Shown: positions 8,782 to 20,327, counted from the first letter of the stretch. The stretch is 64,000 bases of DNA from Candidatus Eiseniibacteriota bacterium (GCA_963792585.1 CAWBWI010000003.1:768001-832000), one strand, 5' to 3'. Numbers and translations: made by a program. The notes: generated from the letters alone by a model not told the origin.

Positions 8782-11049
8782 ATGACGAAGCTGACCCTGC
8801 CCGGCTACCCGCGGATCGGACAGGACCGCGAGTTGAAGAAGGCGATCGAGCGAACCTGGAAGGACCCGGGACTCGAGGCCGAGCTGCTCGAGACGGCCCG
8901 GTCGCTGCGCGAGCGCCACTGGCGCCGTCAGGCCGCCTTCGGCGTCGACCCGGTTCCCGTCGGCGACTTCAGCCTCTACGACACCATGCTCGATGCGGTC
9001 GTCCTCTTCGGCTGCGTTCCCGATCGCTATCGCACCCTCGGCGCAGTCGACTCGCTGGCCGTCTACTTCGCCATGGCGCGCGGGACGCAGGATCTGACCG
9101 CCCTGGAGATGACGAAGTGGTTCGACACGAACTATCACTACATCGTCCCCGAGATCGACGGCCGCTTCGCGCTCCATCCCGATCGCCTCATCGCGCACGT
9201 GCGCGAGGCGATCGCCCTCGGGCTCTCGCCCAAGCCGGTCGTGCCGGGCCCTTACACATTCCTGCGGCTCGCGCATCTCTCCGGAGGACTCACGATCGCC
9301 GATGCCCTCGCGCGGATCGCGCCGCTCTACGCCGAGCTGCTCGGCATGCTGGAGAAGGAAGGCGTCGCCTGGGTCGCGCTGGACGAGCCGGCCTTCGTCC
9401 TGGAGGAGGCGCCGCCGCGCGAGGCGGTCCTCGCCGCCTACAAGACCATCGCCGCCGGCCGCAAGGGTCCCAGGATCCTCGTTCAGACCTACTTCGAGGA
9501 TCTCGGCGAGAACCGCGCGCTCGCCCTCAAGCTGCCGGTCGACGGGATCGGGATCGATCTCGTCCGCGCCCCCGCGCAGTGGGATCTGGTGCTGAACGCG
9601 AACGCCGTCCCGGCCGACATGATCGTCGTCGCCGGCGTGGTGAACGGCCGTAACGTCTGGGCGTCGGACCTGAACGAGGTCCTCGAGAAGCTCACCCGCG
9701 CGCGCGCCGTGCTCGGCGATCGCCTCTGGATCGGCCCGAGCTGCAGCCTGCTTCACCTTCCGTACACGATCACCGCCGAGAACGGGATCGACGACGAGCT
9801 GCGCTCGTGGGTCTGCTTCGCCGAGGAGCGTCTCGCCGAGCTGGGCACGCTCAAGCGCGCGCTCGACGGCGGTCGCGATTCGGTCGCGATCGGACTCGAA
9901 ACGAACCGGAACATCGTGACCGAGCGCGCCCGCTCCGTGCGGACGGAGGACCCGAAGGTCCGCAGACGCCTGGCGCAGGTCGACGATTCCTGGGCCAAGC
10001 GGGTCGGATTCGATGAGCGCCGGACCGCGCAGGCTGCCCTCGGACTGCCGCCGCTGCCGACGACCACGATCGGCAGCTTCCCGCAGACCTCCGAGGTTCG
10101 CTCCGCCCGCAATCGGTTCCGCAGCGGCAAGCTCACGCAGGCCGAGTACGAGGTATTCGTCGACGGAAAGACCCGCGAGGTGATCCGGTTGCAGGAAGAG
10201 ATCGGCCTCGACGTCCTCGTGCACGGCGAGTTCGAGCGGGCCGACATGGTCGACTACTTCGCCGAGCAGATGGACGGGATGCGCGTGACGGTGAACGGTT
10301 GGGTCCAGTCGTACGGTACTCGCTGCGTCCGGCCGCCGCTGATCTACGGCGACGTCTCCCGGCCCAAGCCGATGACCGTCCGCGAGAGCCGCTATGCGCA
10401 GTCGCTCACGAAGAAGCCGGTGAAGGGGATGCTGACCGGGCCGGTCACGATCCTCAACTGGTCGTTCGCGCGCGGCGATCTGCCGCGTCCGCAGGTCGCC
10501 GATCAGATCGCGCTCGCGCTGCGCGATGAGACGACCGATCTCGAGGTGGCCGGGATCCGGATCATCCAGATCGACGAGCCGGCCTTCCGCGAGGGAGCGC
10601 CCCTGCGCCGCTCGCTGCGCGCCGAATACCTCAAGTGGGCCGTGCGCGCCTTCCGCCTCTCCTCTTCGGGGGTGAAGCCCGGCACACAAATTCATACCCA
10701 CATGTGCTACAGCGACTTCAATGAGATCATCGACTCGATCGCCGCGATGGACGCCGATGTGATCTCGATCGAGAACTCGAGGAGCGCGGGCGAACTCCTG
10801 CGCGCATTCGACGACTTCAAGTATCCGCGCGGGATCGGGCCGGGCGTCTACGACGTGCACAGCGAGCGCGTCGCCCCCGTCGCCGAGATGGCGGACCTGC
10901 TGCGCCGATCGGGCAGGCTGTTGCCGCACGACCTGCTCTGGGCGAATCCCGACTGCGGCCTCAAGACGCGGCGCGACGAGGAGGCGATTCCGTCGCTGCG
11001 CAATCTCGTCGAGGCGGCGCGTCTGGTGCGTGCGGAGTGGGGAACGTAG
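8782..11049 (+). CDS. metE: Cobalamin-independent methionine synthase
   Basis: GYPRIG..RELK, EMTKWFDTNYHY, PTTTIGSFPQT, HGEFERADMV, IHTHMCYS, GPGVYDVHS, NPDCGLKTR. Confidence 0.97.
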   Translation: MTKLTLPGYPRIGQDRELKKAIERTWKDPGLEAELLETARSLRERHWRRQAAFGVDPVPVGDFSLYDTMLDAVVLFGCVPDRYRTLGAVDSLAVYFAMARGTQDLTALEMTKWFDTNYHYIVPEIDGRFALHPDRLIAHVREAIALGLSPKPVVPGPYTFLRLAHLSGGLTIADALARIAPLYAELLGMLEKEGVAWVALDEPAFVLEEAPPREAVLAAYKTIAAGRKGPRILVQTYFEDLGENRALALKLPVDGIGIDLVRAPAQWDLVLNANAVPADMIVVAGVVNGRNVWASDLNEVLEKLTRARAVLGDRLWIGPSCSLLHLPYTITAENGIDDELRSWVCFAEERLAELGTLKRALDGGRDSVAIGLETNRNIVTERARSVRTEDPKVRRRLAQVDDSWAKRVGFDERRTAQAALGLPPLPTTTIGSFPQTSEVRSARNRFRSGKLTQAEYEVFVDGKTREVIRLQEEIGLDVLVHGEFERADMVDYFAEQMDGMRVTVNGWVQSYGTRCVRPPLIYGDVSRPKPMTVRESRYAQSLTKKPVKGMLTGPVTILNWSFARGDLPRPQVADQIALALRDETTDLEVAGIRIIQIDEPAFREGAPLRRSLRAEYLKWAVRAFRLSSSGVKPGTQIHTHMCYSDFNEIIDSIAAMDADVISIENSRSAGELLRAFDDFKYPRGIGPGVYDVHSERVAPVAEMADLLRRSGRLLPHDLLWANPDCGLKTRRDEEAIPSLRNLVEAARLVRAEWGT

Positions 11050-11201
11050 CCGCGTTGTTCCATCACGAAACGCGCTCAGTTCGCATCTGAGACGGTTTGC
11101 GCGACGTACCAGCAGCGCGCCTCGGGCAATCGCCCGGGGCGCGTTTTCGCATACCTTCGTAACCCTTGGAAAGGCCGCGTGATACACGGAGACCCCATCG
11201 C

Positions 11202-11218
11202 TTGGCACGGAGCTTGAT
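11202..11218 (+). promoter_or_regulatory. Putative sigma54-type (-24/-12) promoter for the Hsp20 genes
   Basis: TTGGCACGGAGCTTGAT: exact TGGCAC -24 box and correct spacing, but -12 reads TTGA instead of TTGC; ~70 bp upstream of the Hsp20 ATG. Confidence 0.5.
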
Positions 11219-11285
11219 ATAGACCAGGCCAACAAGAGCACCGCGTGGCCCCGCTCAGAGGGCCGCAGATAGAAGGAGAAAGACC

Positions 11286-11753
11286 ATGGCACTGATTCGG
11301 TGGCAGCCGAGAGGCACGATGAGCCCGAGAGGCTCCTTCCACAATGTGGATCCGTTTGGTCAGGAAATGAACGGTCTGATGGATTGGGCATTCGGTCGCG
11401 GGTGGGCCAATGGACTCGTCGAATCGTCCTGGGTCCCGCCGGTCGACGTCGCGCAAGAGGAAGACAGGTTCCGTATCCACATCGATCTGCCGGGCGTGAA
11501 GCGCGAGGAGATCGAGATCACGGTGGACGGCGACACGCTCACGGTGAAGGGCGAGAAGAAGCGCGAGAGCGAGTCGAAGCAGGATGACACCTATCGCTCC
11601 GAGCGCTACTACGGCAGCTTCTCGCGGAGCCTGACGCTCCCGGCGGCGGTCGACGCGAACAAGATCGAGGCGCGCTACAAGGACGGGGTCCTAGAGATCG
11701 TGATTCCGAAGTCCGAGGAAGCGAAGCCGAAGCAGATCAAGATTCAGGGCTGA
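11286..11753 (+). CDS. Hsp20/alpha-crystallin small heat-shock protein
   Basis: WVPPVDV, DLPGVKREEIEI, ERYYGSFSRS, YKDGVLEIVIPK. Confidence 0.95.
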   Translation: MALIRWQPRGTMSPRGSFHNVDPFGQEMNGLMDWAFGRGWANGLVESSWVPPVDVAQEEDRFRIHIDLPGVKREEIEITVDGDTLTVKGEKKRESESKQDDTYRSERYYGSFSRSLTLPAAVDANKIEARYKDGVLEIVIPKSEEAKPKQIKIQG

Positions 11754-11868
11754 CAGCAGCTTATCAGCGGGATCCAAGGCATTGCGAGGCAGCCGGCGCG
11801 GATGCGCCGGACGGCACACGGGAAACAGGAACCGGGTTCGCGAAGAACATAGATCTGGAGGATTGACC

Positions 11869-12270
11869 ATGAAGACGATGTGCTGTGACACGCAGGCGAC
11901 CGAGGCAGGGACCCACACGAGCGGGCGCTGCTTCTACCCGAAGACCGATATCGCGGAGTTCGACGATCACTTCACCATCGAGGTCGAGCTGCCCGGTGTG
12001 ACGGCCGACCAGGTCGATCTCCAGGTCGAGGACGACATCCTGCGGTTGACCGCCAAGCGCGGCGCGCCGGAGGCGGAGACGGAAGAGAAGACGGAAGCGA
12101 AGACGAATCACCTCGTGCGCGAACGCCGGCGCGGGACGTACGTGAGGACCTTCCACCTGGGCACCCTCGTCGAGCGCGACGGGATCCAGGGCAATCTGAA
12201 GGACGGCATTCTCACCATCCGCTTGGCGAAGGCGGTCAACGCGCTGCCGAGGAAGATCGCGATTCAGTAG
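11869..12270 (+). CDS. Hsp20/alpha-crystallin small heat-shock protein
   Basis: PKTDIAE, ELPGV, ERRRGTYVRTF, LKDGILTIRL, PRKIAI; GGAGG RBS. Confidence 0.92.
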   Translation: MKTMCCDTQATEAGTHTSGRCFYPKTDIAEFDDHFTIEVELPGVTADQVDLQVEDDILRLTAKRGAPEAETEEKTEAKTNHLVRERRRGTYVRTFHLGTLVERDGIQGNLKDGILTIRLAKAVNALPRKIAIQ

Positions 12271-12447
12271 ATTATGTGACGCCTCTGTGGGGTTCGAGGA
12301 CCTGGTTCCTGCGGCCCAATGGAGGCGCACAAACTTCGAGGGAGGCGTTCCGGCGACACCGCCGAGGCGCCTCCTTCTCTTCGTACAGAAATCGGCTTGA
12401 CGGGGTGTCAAGACCTCTTGGAAGATGCCCGTGAAGGAGGACCTGCC

Positions 12448-12948
12448 ATGAAGAAGAGAGCTGTCGTGCCGGCCGCGGTGATGCTGATTCTCGCCTCGAT
12501 GCTCACTTCGGGCGACGCCCTCGCGAGGGAGCCGCTTGGGTTCAATGGTTGGGGCCCGCGCGTCGGATACCAGTTCGACGACGCGTACGACCAGTTCTAC
12601 TTCGGCGCCCACTTCAGACTGGGCGAGTTCGTGGAGAATCTGGAGTTCCTCCCGAGCATCGACATGGGGTTCGGCGACAACACGACATTGCTCTCGGTCA
12701 ACCCCGACATCGTCTATCACTTCCCTGTCGAAGGAGTCGGCTCCTTCTACGTCGGCGGGATCTTCGCCTTCCAGTACCTCAAGTTCGACTCGAATGTGCC
12801 GGGTGTCGATGACACCGACACGGAGCTGGGGATTCACGCAACCGCCGGGCTCGATTTCGGCGACACTCCAGTCCTGATCGAGACGATGCTCGGCATCGAT
12901 GACACACCAGACGTGAAAATCTGCGTGGGATACACGTTCGAGCACTAG
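12448..12948 (+). CDS. Small outer-membrane beta-barrel protein
   Basis: Signal peptide (ALA|R), alternating beta-strand pattern, aromatic C-terminus (VGYTFEH). Confidence 0.75.
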   Translation: MKKRAVVPAAVMLILASMLTSGDALAREPLGFNGWGPRVGYQFDDAYDQFYFGAHFRLGEFVENLEFLPSIDMGFGDNTTLLSVNPDIVYHFPVEGVGSFYVGGIFAFQYLKFDSNVPGVDDTDTELGIHATAGLDFGDTPVLIETMLGIDDTPDVKICVGYTFEH

Positions 12949-12950
12949 CC

Positions 12951-13757
12951 GTGACGATTCCATTCGCAGCGGACCATCGCCCGCCTTTGTTCCTTGGGAT
13001 GGTTCACCTGCGACCCCTGCCAGGCAGCCCCCGCTATGGGGGCGAGATCGATTCGGTCCTCGAGGCCGCCGTGGCGGATCTCGAGGTCCTGGCTCAGGGA
13101 GGAGCCGACGGGGCGATCATCGAGAACTTCGGTGACGCCCCGTTTTTTCCCGGCTCCGTTCCCCCCGTGACCGTCGCGGCGATGACCGCCGCCGCCGTCT
13201 TCCTGCGCGCGCATGCCCCCAAGGGGTTCCTTCTCGGCGTGAACGTCCTGCGCAACGACGCAGCCGCGGCCCTCTCGATCGCCGCGGTGGCGGGCGCTTC
13301 CTTCATCCGCGTGAACGTCCACACCGGTGCGGTCGTGGCCGATCAGGGGATCCTGACCGGCCAGGCGCACGAGACGTTGCGGCTGCGCGCAGCGCTCGGC
13401 AAGCCGATCGCGATCCTCGCCGACGTCGCGGTGAAACACGCGAGCCCGCTAGGCACTCGCTCGATCGAAGATGAGGCGCGCGACGCCGTCGAGCGCGGCA
13501 TGGCCGATGCGATCCTCGTCACCGGCGCCCGCACGGGCGAAGCCGTCGATCGCGAGCGGTTGATCGGTGTACGCCGCGCCGTGCCGGGCGTGATGGTCCT
13601 CTGCGCGAGCGGCGTCAATCCCGAGAACGCCAAGGCGATGGAGCCGCACTGCGACGGCTTCGTCGTCGGGACCTGGCTCAAGCGCGATGGGCGCGTGGAG
13701 GAGCCGATCGATCCGACGCGCGTGCGGCAGATGGGCTTCGCGCTCGGGCGGCGTTAG
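12951..13757 (+). CDS. BtpA/SgcQ family TIM-barrel protein
   Basis: GMVHLRPLPGSP, ENFGDAPF, GVNVLRND, ADVAVKHA, VTGARTG, VVGTWLKRDG. Confidence 0.93.
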   Translation: MTIPFAADHRPPLFLGMVHLRPLPGSPRYGGEIDSVLEAAVADLEVLAQGGADGAIIENFGDAPFFPGSVPPVTVAAMTAAAVFLRAHAPKGFLLGVNVLRNDAAAALSIAAVAGASFIRVNVHTGAVVADQGILTGQAHETLRLRAALGKPIAILADVAVKHASPLGTRSIEDEARDAVERGMADAILVTGARTGEAVDRERLIGVRRAVPGVMVLCASGVNPENAKAMEPHCDGFVVGTWLKRDGRVEEPIDPTRVRQMGFALGRR

Positions 13758-14361
13758 CGGGCGCCGGGCGCCCCGGCGATGGTCAGCACCGGGATCCAAC
13801 CACCCACAGCGTCCTGGCTCCCCGCCGGCCACTTCTCATGGAATCCGGGTCTTCCTCGTGACACCCGAGTCGCGTGTCGTGCGGAGGCGGACCCCAACGC
13901 CCGAGCGCCAGCATGCGAACGAGGGATCGAGCACTGCGCGAATCTTGATCTTGAGATAGTCGAGAATCGCCACGCCAGTCGACTGGACCACGCGCCGCAC
14001 GGGCATGACCTCGAACCCGATCCACGGGGTGCGCAAATTCCAGCCGGGGTTGTTTCCCGGTTCGATGAATCGTGACCCCGTTCAAGGACTCGCGCGAACC
14101 GCTGGTATCGTCTGCAACTTCCGCGACCCGGATTGAGGCCTCGCTCAAAGCCCCCCTCAACCCTCCCTCCGCAGGACGGTTTTCTACTCCGATCCTCGTC
14201 TCTCCACAGGCCGTTTCCTCAGATGGGATGGAGTTTTATGTCAGTAGCGCAAATTCCAGCGAGTCAAGATAGGGAGAGCAGGTCGAGGAACCTGGCCGGG
14301 ATCGAGATTCGCCCCGCAGCGTGGCGACCGGGCGAAAAAACAGGTTAGACTCCACGGCGAC

Positions 14362-16668
14362 ATGAGTCTCCATCCTGGAACACGACTTGGGCCCTACGAG
14401 ATCATCGGCCTGCTTGGCGTCGGCGGGATGGGTGAGGTCTACCGCGCTCACGATCCGCGGCTCGGACGCGATGTTGCGGTAAAGGTGCTTCCATCTGCGG
14501 TGGACTCGGATCCCGATCATCTGGCCCGATTCGAGCGAGAGGCGCGGACAGTGGCGGGGCTGAATCACCCCAACATTGTCATGCTCCACTCCATCGAAGA
14601 GCATGGAGGCGTTTGCCTGCTCACCATGGAGCTGGTGGAGGGGCAGAGTCTGGAGCACCTCGTGGCTTCCGGGGGGCTGCCGTTGCGCCGCCTGCTCGAT
14701 CTGGCCATTCCGCTGGCCGACGCGCTGGTCGCGGCGCACGCAAGGGGAGTCATTCACCGTGACCTCAAGCCGGCGAACGTGATGGTGACGCGCGAGGGAC
14801 GGGTGAAGGTTCTGGACTTCGGCCTGGCGAAGCGGGCGCCTGTCGATCCGAATCCGACACAGGCGGCGACGATTGAGACGAGCATGATCGCGTCCGGGAG
14901 TGTGGCGGGGACGGTGCCGTACATGGCGCCTGAGCAGATCCGTGGAGGGGAGGCGGATGCGCGGACAGACATGTTCGCGTTCGGGATCCTCCTGTACGAG
15001 CTGGCCACCGGCAAACAACCATTCACCGGGACGACCTTCGCCGATTTGGCTTCGTCGATTCTCAAGGATACGCCCGAGTCTCTGGCAATCGCGCGCGCCG
15101 ATCTGCCAGTCGATCTGGACCGAATCGTGAGCCGCTGCCTCGAGAAATCCCCGCGCGATCGGTTCCAGACGGCGGTGGACTTGTACAGCGAACTTCGGAT
15201 GCTTCAGCAGACGGTGGAGCAAGGTTCCCCCACACAGCCGCCTGCGCCCGCGAAAGCGGCCGATCCGGTCGTCGCCTCGATCGCGGTGCTCCCATTCCTG
15301 AACCGGAGCCAAAGCGTCGAGGACGAGTACTTCTCGGATGGCCTAGCCGACGAGTTGTTGAATGTTCTGGCGAAGATCCGCGGACTGCGCGTGGCAGCGC
15401 GCACATCGTCGTCCCTGTTCAAGGGGACGACGGATGATCTTGCAACCATCGGCCGGAAGCTGAATGTGGCCACGCTCCTCGAGGGGAGCGTCCGCAAGGC
15501 GGGGAATCGCGTGCGCATCTCCGTGCAGCTTGTGAAGATCTCCGACGGCTACCCCCTTTGGTCGGAGACGTACGACCGCATGCTGGACGACATCTTCGCC
15601 GTGCAGGATGACATCGCGCAGTCGGTCGTGAAGGAGTTGCGTACAACGCTGCTGGGTGAAACGCCCAACTCGGACGCGAATGTGCAGGTGAAGGCGGATG
15701 TCGCGAGAGCGATGAGAGGGAGGGGAGAGAATCCGGAAGCGCAGCGGCTCTACCTTCAGGCGCGCTACTTCATCGATCGAAACACCCCGGAGGACTCCGC
15801 CAAGGGGATCGAGCACATCAAGGAGGCGCTGAAACTGGATCCCGGCTACGCCATCGCTTGGGCGGAGCTTGGGAGTGCCTACGCGAGAGAGGCGGGTAGC
15901 GGCTGGGTCTCGGTGGAGGAGGGATATCGGTCCGCCCGGACTGCGGTAGATCGTGCGCTCCTGCTGGAGCCGGACTTGGCGGAGGGGCACGCGCAACGCG
16001 GCTGGATCTTGGCGACCTACGACTGGGACTGGCGCGGAGCCGATGCGTCGCTTCGTCGAGCGGTGGAGCTGGCGCCGGGAAGCGCTTCGGTGCTGCGTAG
16101 CGCGGGCATACTCGCTTGGTGCTTTGGGCGCATCGATGAAGTGCTTGAACTCCTGCGGCGCGCGGTGGATCTGGATCCGCTGAGCGCCAGGTACTACAAC
16201 AACCTCGGGCATGCGTGCCACGCGGCGGGTCAAGTCGCGGAGGCGGAGGAAGCGTTCCGCACAGCCCTGGAACTCGCGCCGGAGGGGATCGGTTCGCGGG
16301 CGCTCCTTGCAATGCTCTTGGAGGATAGGGGGCGGAGTGAGGAGGCCATGAAAGAAGCGATACAAGAACCGGACGAAGGGTTTCGTCTCCAGGCGCTGGC
16401 GGTTCTCCACCACGCCGCGGGGCGTATGGCGGAATCGGACGAGATGCTCCGAGACCTGACCGCGAAGTACGCGGAGGATTCCGCGTACCAGATCGCTGAG
16501 GTGCACGCAGCGCGAGCAGAAGCGGATCGGGCGTTCGAGTGGCTGGAACGAGCGTATGCCCAGCGTGATGGAGGGCTCACCGACATGAGGGCGAGCCCTC
16601 GCTTTCGTCCGCTTCACGACGATCCGCGGTGGGAAGCACTCCTGAAGAAGATGGGGTTCGACGGGTGA
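14362..16668 (+). CDS. Ser/Thr protein kinase with TolB-N-like domain and TPR repeats
   Basis: GVGGMGEVY, VAVK, HRDLKPAN, DFGLAK, YMAPEQ; SIAVLPFLN..EYFSDGLADEL; TPRs; C-terminal DPRWEALLKKMG. Confidence 0.93.
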   Translation: MSLHPGTRLGPYEIIGLLGVGGMGEVYRAHDPRLGRDVAVKVLPSAVDSDPDHLARFEREARTVAGLNHPNIVMLHSIEEHGGVCLLTMELVEGQSLEHLVASGGLPLRRLLDLAIPLADALVAAHARGVIHRDLKPANVMVTREGRVKVLDFGLAKRAPVDPNPTQAATIETSMIASGSVAGTVPYMAPEQIRGGEADARTDMFAFGILLYELATGKQPFTGTTFADLASSILKDTPESLAIARADLPVDLDRIVSRCLEKSPRDRFQTAVDLYSELRMLQQTVEQGSPTQPPAPAKAADPVVASIAVLPFLNRSQSVEDEYFSDGLADELLNVLAKIRGLRVAARTSSSLFKGTTDDLATIGRKLNVATLLEGSVRKAGNRVRISVQLVKISDGYPLWSETYDRMLDDIFAVQDDIAQSVVKELRTTLLGETPNSDANVQVKADVARAMRGRGENPEAQRLYLQARYFIDRNTPEDSAKGIEHIKEALKLDPGYAIAWAELGSAYAREAGSGWVSVEEGYRSARTAVDRALLLEPDLAEGHAQRGWILATYDWDWRGADASLRRAVELAPGSASVLRSAGILAWCFGRIDEVLELLRRAVDLDPLSARYYNNLGHACHAAGQVAEAEEAFRTALELAPEGIGSRALLAMLLEDRGRSEEAMKEAIQEPDEGFRLQALAVLHHAAGRMAESDEMLRDLTAKYAEDSAYQIAEVHAARAEADRAFEWLERAYAQRDGGLTDMRASPRFRPLHDDPRWEALLKKMGFDG

Positions 16669-16801
16669 GGTCTCGCCCGGCTGTCAAGCAGCGGCCGATC
16701 GGTTGCTCGCCCGAGGCGGGTCCTGTCGGGACGAGCGTCATGCGCGACCCGGGAGGCATCGGAGCTCTACGAGCACCATGTTCGATCACGGCTGAAACGG
16801 T

Positions 16802-18025
16802 CTAGAGCCGCCCCGCCAGCTCCGCCGCCACGTTGCGCGCCCGGTACGGAGCGATTCCCTCTTCCCTCCATGCGATCGGTTGCTCCGGTGCGCGCGCGAT
16901 CGCATCGGCCAGCTCCGCGCCGTCCGTGTAGAACGCGCCTGCCTGCGTCTTCACCAGGAAGTCGCGCAACCCCGCGTCCGCAGCGCCGGTGACGAGGAGC
17001 GGGCGTCGAACGCTCAGCGCCTCGAGAGCCCGATCGGGTAGACGCCCGGCATCTCCAGGTCCAAGGGTGAGAAGCAGGGCCGTCGCCTCCGCCTGCGTCT
17101 GCAGCGAGACGAGCCACGGGACCTCGGGTTCCAGGGTGACGATTGATGTGAGCGATCGCGCGGCGATCGCGGGGCCCAGACGAGGATCGCGCGCGCCGAG
17201 GAAGCGGATCCGGATGCCATCGGGTGCGATCCGACCCGCATCGAGGAGCCGGCGCGCCGCATCGAGGACGAGCAGGGGGTTGCGGCCGTGAACCGCCGTC
17301 GGCCCTGCGTGGACGAGGACGATTCTGGCGGGGTAGAGCGTCGCTGTGGATGCCGGGTCGTTCGACGGAACCGACGCCGCGTCATTGTCGCGGTCGCTCG
17401 TTGGTAGCAGATCCGCCTCGTCGAAGCTCGGCGGCAAATCGTCGTTGATGAGCGGGATCTTCCGCTCCCGCGCGATCGCGCGGGCGACCGCCTGCGCCGA
17501 CTTCGGGGACCGAGGGGCGAGAACCGCATCGTACGAAAGGGACTGCGCGATGGCCCGGGCCGCCCGAAGCGCGGGATCGATCCATCCCGCGCGCGCGTCG
17601 GGGCGACAGCGCAGGCCAAAGATCACCCGTTGCACCGCAGTGCGCGGCTCGGGCGGAGGTTCCAGCGCAATCTCCTCGTCGGTCGGGATCTCGCGGCCGT
17701 AAAGACCCGGCAGCGACTGATCCGCGTTTCCCCGCGGGAGCTTTTTGCGCCAGGAGAGGAGCAGATCGCGGTACTCCGTTTCCTGAAGCCAATAGGAGGC
17801 TCCGGTCGGATCGGCCACCTGACGCAGCGGAATCGGGTAGTCGCGGTGTTCTCGCGACTTGGCGACGGTGACACGGCGTCGCGGGTGCCTGGGAGTCAGG
17901 ACGATCGCCTCCCATCCATACTCAGGGAGGTAACGCGCCAAATGCCAGACGCGCGTGGGATTGGGACCCCGCGTGGGCGGCACGCCAAAGGCGACGAGTA
18001 GGATTCGCTTCGCGGGCGCGTTCAC
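16802..18025 (-). CDS. GT4-like glycosyltransferase (divergent)
   Basis: RILLVAFGVPP..RVWHLARYLPEYGWEAIVLT, PDARAGW, HGRNP; second Rossmann half is degenerate. Confidence 0.65.
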   Translation of the reverse strand: MNAPAKRILLVAFGVPPTRGPNPTRVWHLARYLPEYGWEAIVLTPRHPRRRVTVAKSREHRDYPIPLRQVADPTGASYWLQETEYRDLLLSWRKKLPRGNADQSLPGLYGREIPTDEEIALEPPPEPRTAVQRVIFGLRCRPDARAGWIDPALRAARAIAQSLSYDAVLAPRSPKSAQAVARAIARERKIPLINDDLPPSFDEADLLPTSDRDNDAASVPSNDPASTATLYPARIVLVHAGPTAVHGRNPLLVLDAARRLLDAGRIAPDGIRIRFLGARDPRLGPAIAARSLTSIVTLEPEVPWLVSLQTQAEATALLLTLGPGDAGRLPDRALEALSVRRPLLVTGAADAGLRDFLVKTQAGAFYTDGAELADAIARAPEQPIAWREEGIAPYRARNVAAELAGRL

Positions 18026-18087
18026 GTTCGCGAGACTACCATGCGGGTCCGCCGAGGACTAGAATGGGAGACGAGGAGAAAAGGACC

Positions 18088-19092
18088 ATGGCGCTCAGCG
18101 CACGCAAACACCCGGACTATCCATTCCGGGACGAACACCTGGAGGCGACGATCCGTCTCGTCGATACCTTCCATGCCGACCCGCCGCTCTCTCCGATCGA
18201 GCGGGGCGAGGTGCTCGAGTTCGTGCGCATGACGCACCAGTACGCCTTCCTCGAGAGGTTGATTCAGGGAGAAGTGCGCTTCGAGCTGCCCGCCCATTTG
18301 GGTCAGATCAGGCAGACGTATCCGTCGATCGAGAAGCAGGCGGAGGAAGTGGCCGCGGCCGAGCGCAGCTTGCTGGGATTAGGCCTGGAGCCGGCCGAGG
18401 ACCTGCCCGAGGCGCTCGACGATCGCGGGATCAAGGTGCTCCGGCGCGACCGCGGGCCCGAATCGCCGGAGACGTTGACCGGCGGGTTCCACTATCCCGG
18501 CGTGCACGGCCCCGCAATCCTCGTCGGCGCGGTCGAGAAGAGCCGTGACGCCATCTTCATCCTCGCCCACGAATACGGCCACCTCGTGATGGACGTGGAT
18601 CCCTACGAAAGCCGCTTCTGCCGCTGGCGCCTCCACGATCTCGAGAACGCGAATCCCTCGAAGGAAGAACGGCGCGCCGACCGCTTCGCGCGCGCGCTGC
18701 TCCTGCCCGAGAAGACCGTTCGGGAATGTTGCGGGAGCGTCGGCGCGGAAGAGCACTCACCCGAGGCGATCGGGCGGGGGGCGGAGGTCTTCGATGTCTC
18801 GCCCGCGCTTCTCTGGCGGCGGCTCGAGGACTTGAAGCTAACACGGCCGGCGGAAGCCCCGCCCGTGGGCGGCCGCAGGCGCCACAAGGTCGACGAGCTG
18901 CGCCCGACCGACCTGCCCGAGCGCTTCGTGAACCTCGCCCTCGCGGCCTACGCCGGGCGCGTGTTCGAGATGAACGACCTCTCCCGCTTCCTGCGCGTCG
19001 CGCCCGAACGGCTGCAGAACTTCCTCACCTGGTGCCAGGTCCCGCGCGAACTCAAGCGCGAGGACTTCGTGGTGGAGGAGGAGGAAGGGTAG
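18088..19092 (+). CDS. ImmA/IrrE family metallo-endopeptidase
   Basis: FILAHEYGHL (HExxH) and ERRADRFARALLLP motifs. Confidence 0.85.
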   Translation: MALSARKHPDYPFRDEHLEATIRLVDTFHADPPLSPIERGEVLEFVRMTHQYAFLERLIQGEVRFELPAHLGQIRQTYPSIEKQAEEVAAAERSLLGLGLEPAEDLPEALDDRGIKVLRRDRGPESPETLTGGFHYPGVHGPAILVGAVEKSRDAIFILAHEYGHLVMDVDPYESRFCRWRLHDLENANPSKEERRADRFARALLLPEKTVRECCGSVGAEEHSPEAIGRGAEVFDVSPALLWRRLEDLKLTRPAEAPPVGGRRRHKVDELRPTDLPERFVNLALAAYAGRVFEMNDLSRFLRVAPERLQNFLTWCQVPRELKREDFVVEEEEG

Positions 19093-19120
19093 TTTCCTCT
19101 CTCGCGGTCGGCCGTTCTCC

Positions 19121-20101
<981 letters not shown>

Positions 20102-20195
20102 GTGTCACCTCCTTGGGTGAGGATAGGGCGGTTTGGGCGGCTCTCAAAGGCCGGGGCGGGCACGGGGAATCAGGACCTGCCCGGTTTGCCGGGCT

Positions 20196-20327
20196 CGCCT
20201 CCGGGTGTATGCCTTCGCTCGGCGCTGGCTCGCGCGCTAACGGAACGTGTCGCCTTCGGCGCCACGTTCCTGGACCGCGCTCGCGGGCGCGCAGCTCGCT
20301 ACGGCAAACACCCTCCGCTCGCCCGGT
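20196..20327 (+). repeat. ~132 bp REP-like palindromic element, copy A
   Basis: Nearly identical to the reverse complement of 27366-27497; internal hairpins such as GGAACGTGTCGCC-TTC-GGCGCCACGTTCC. Confidence 0.9.

Noticed and set aside
13758..14361. Protein-coding gene in the gap between btpA and the kinase
   Set aside because: Short ORFs on both strands lack an RBS, recognisable motifs or host-like codon pattern; a decayed remnant cannot be excluded.
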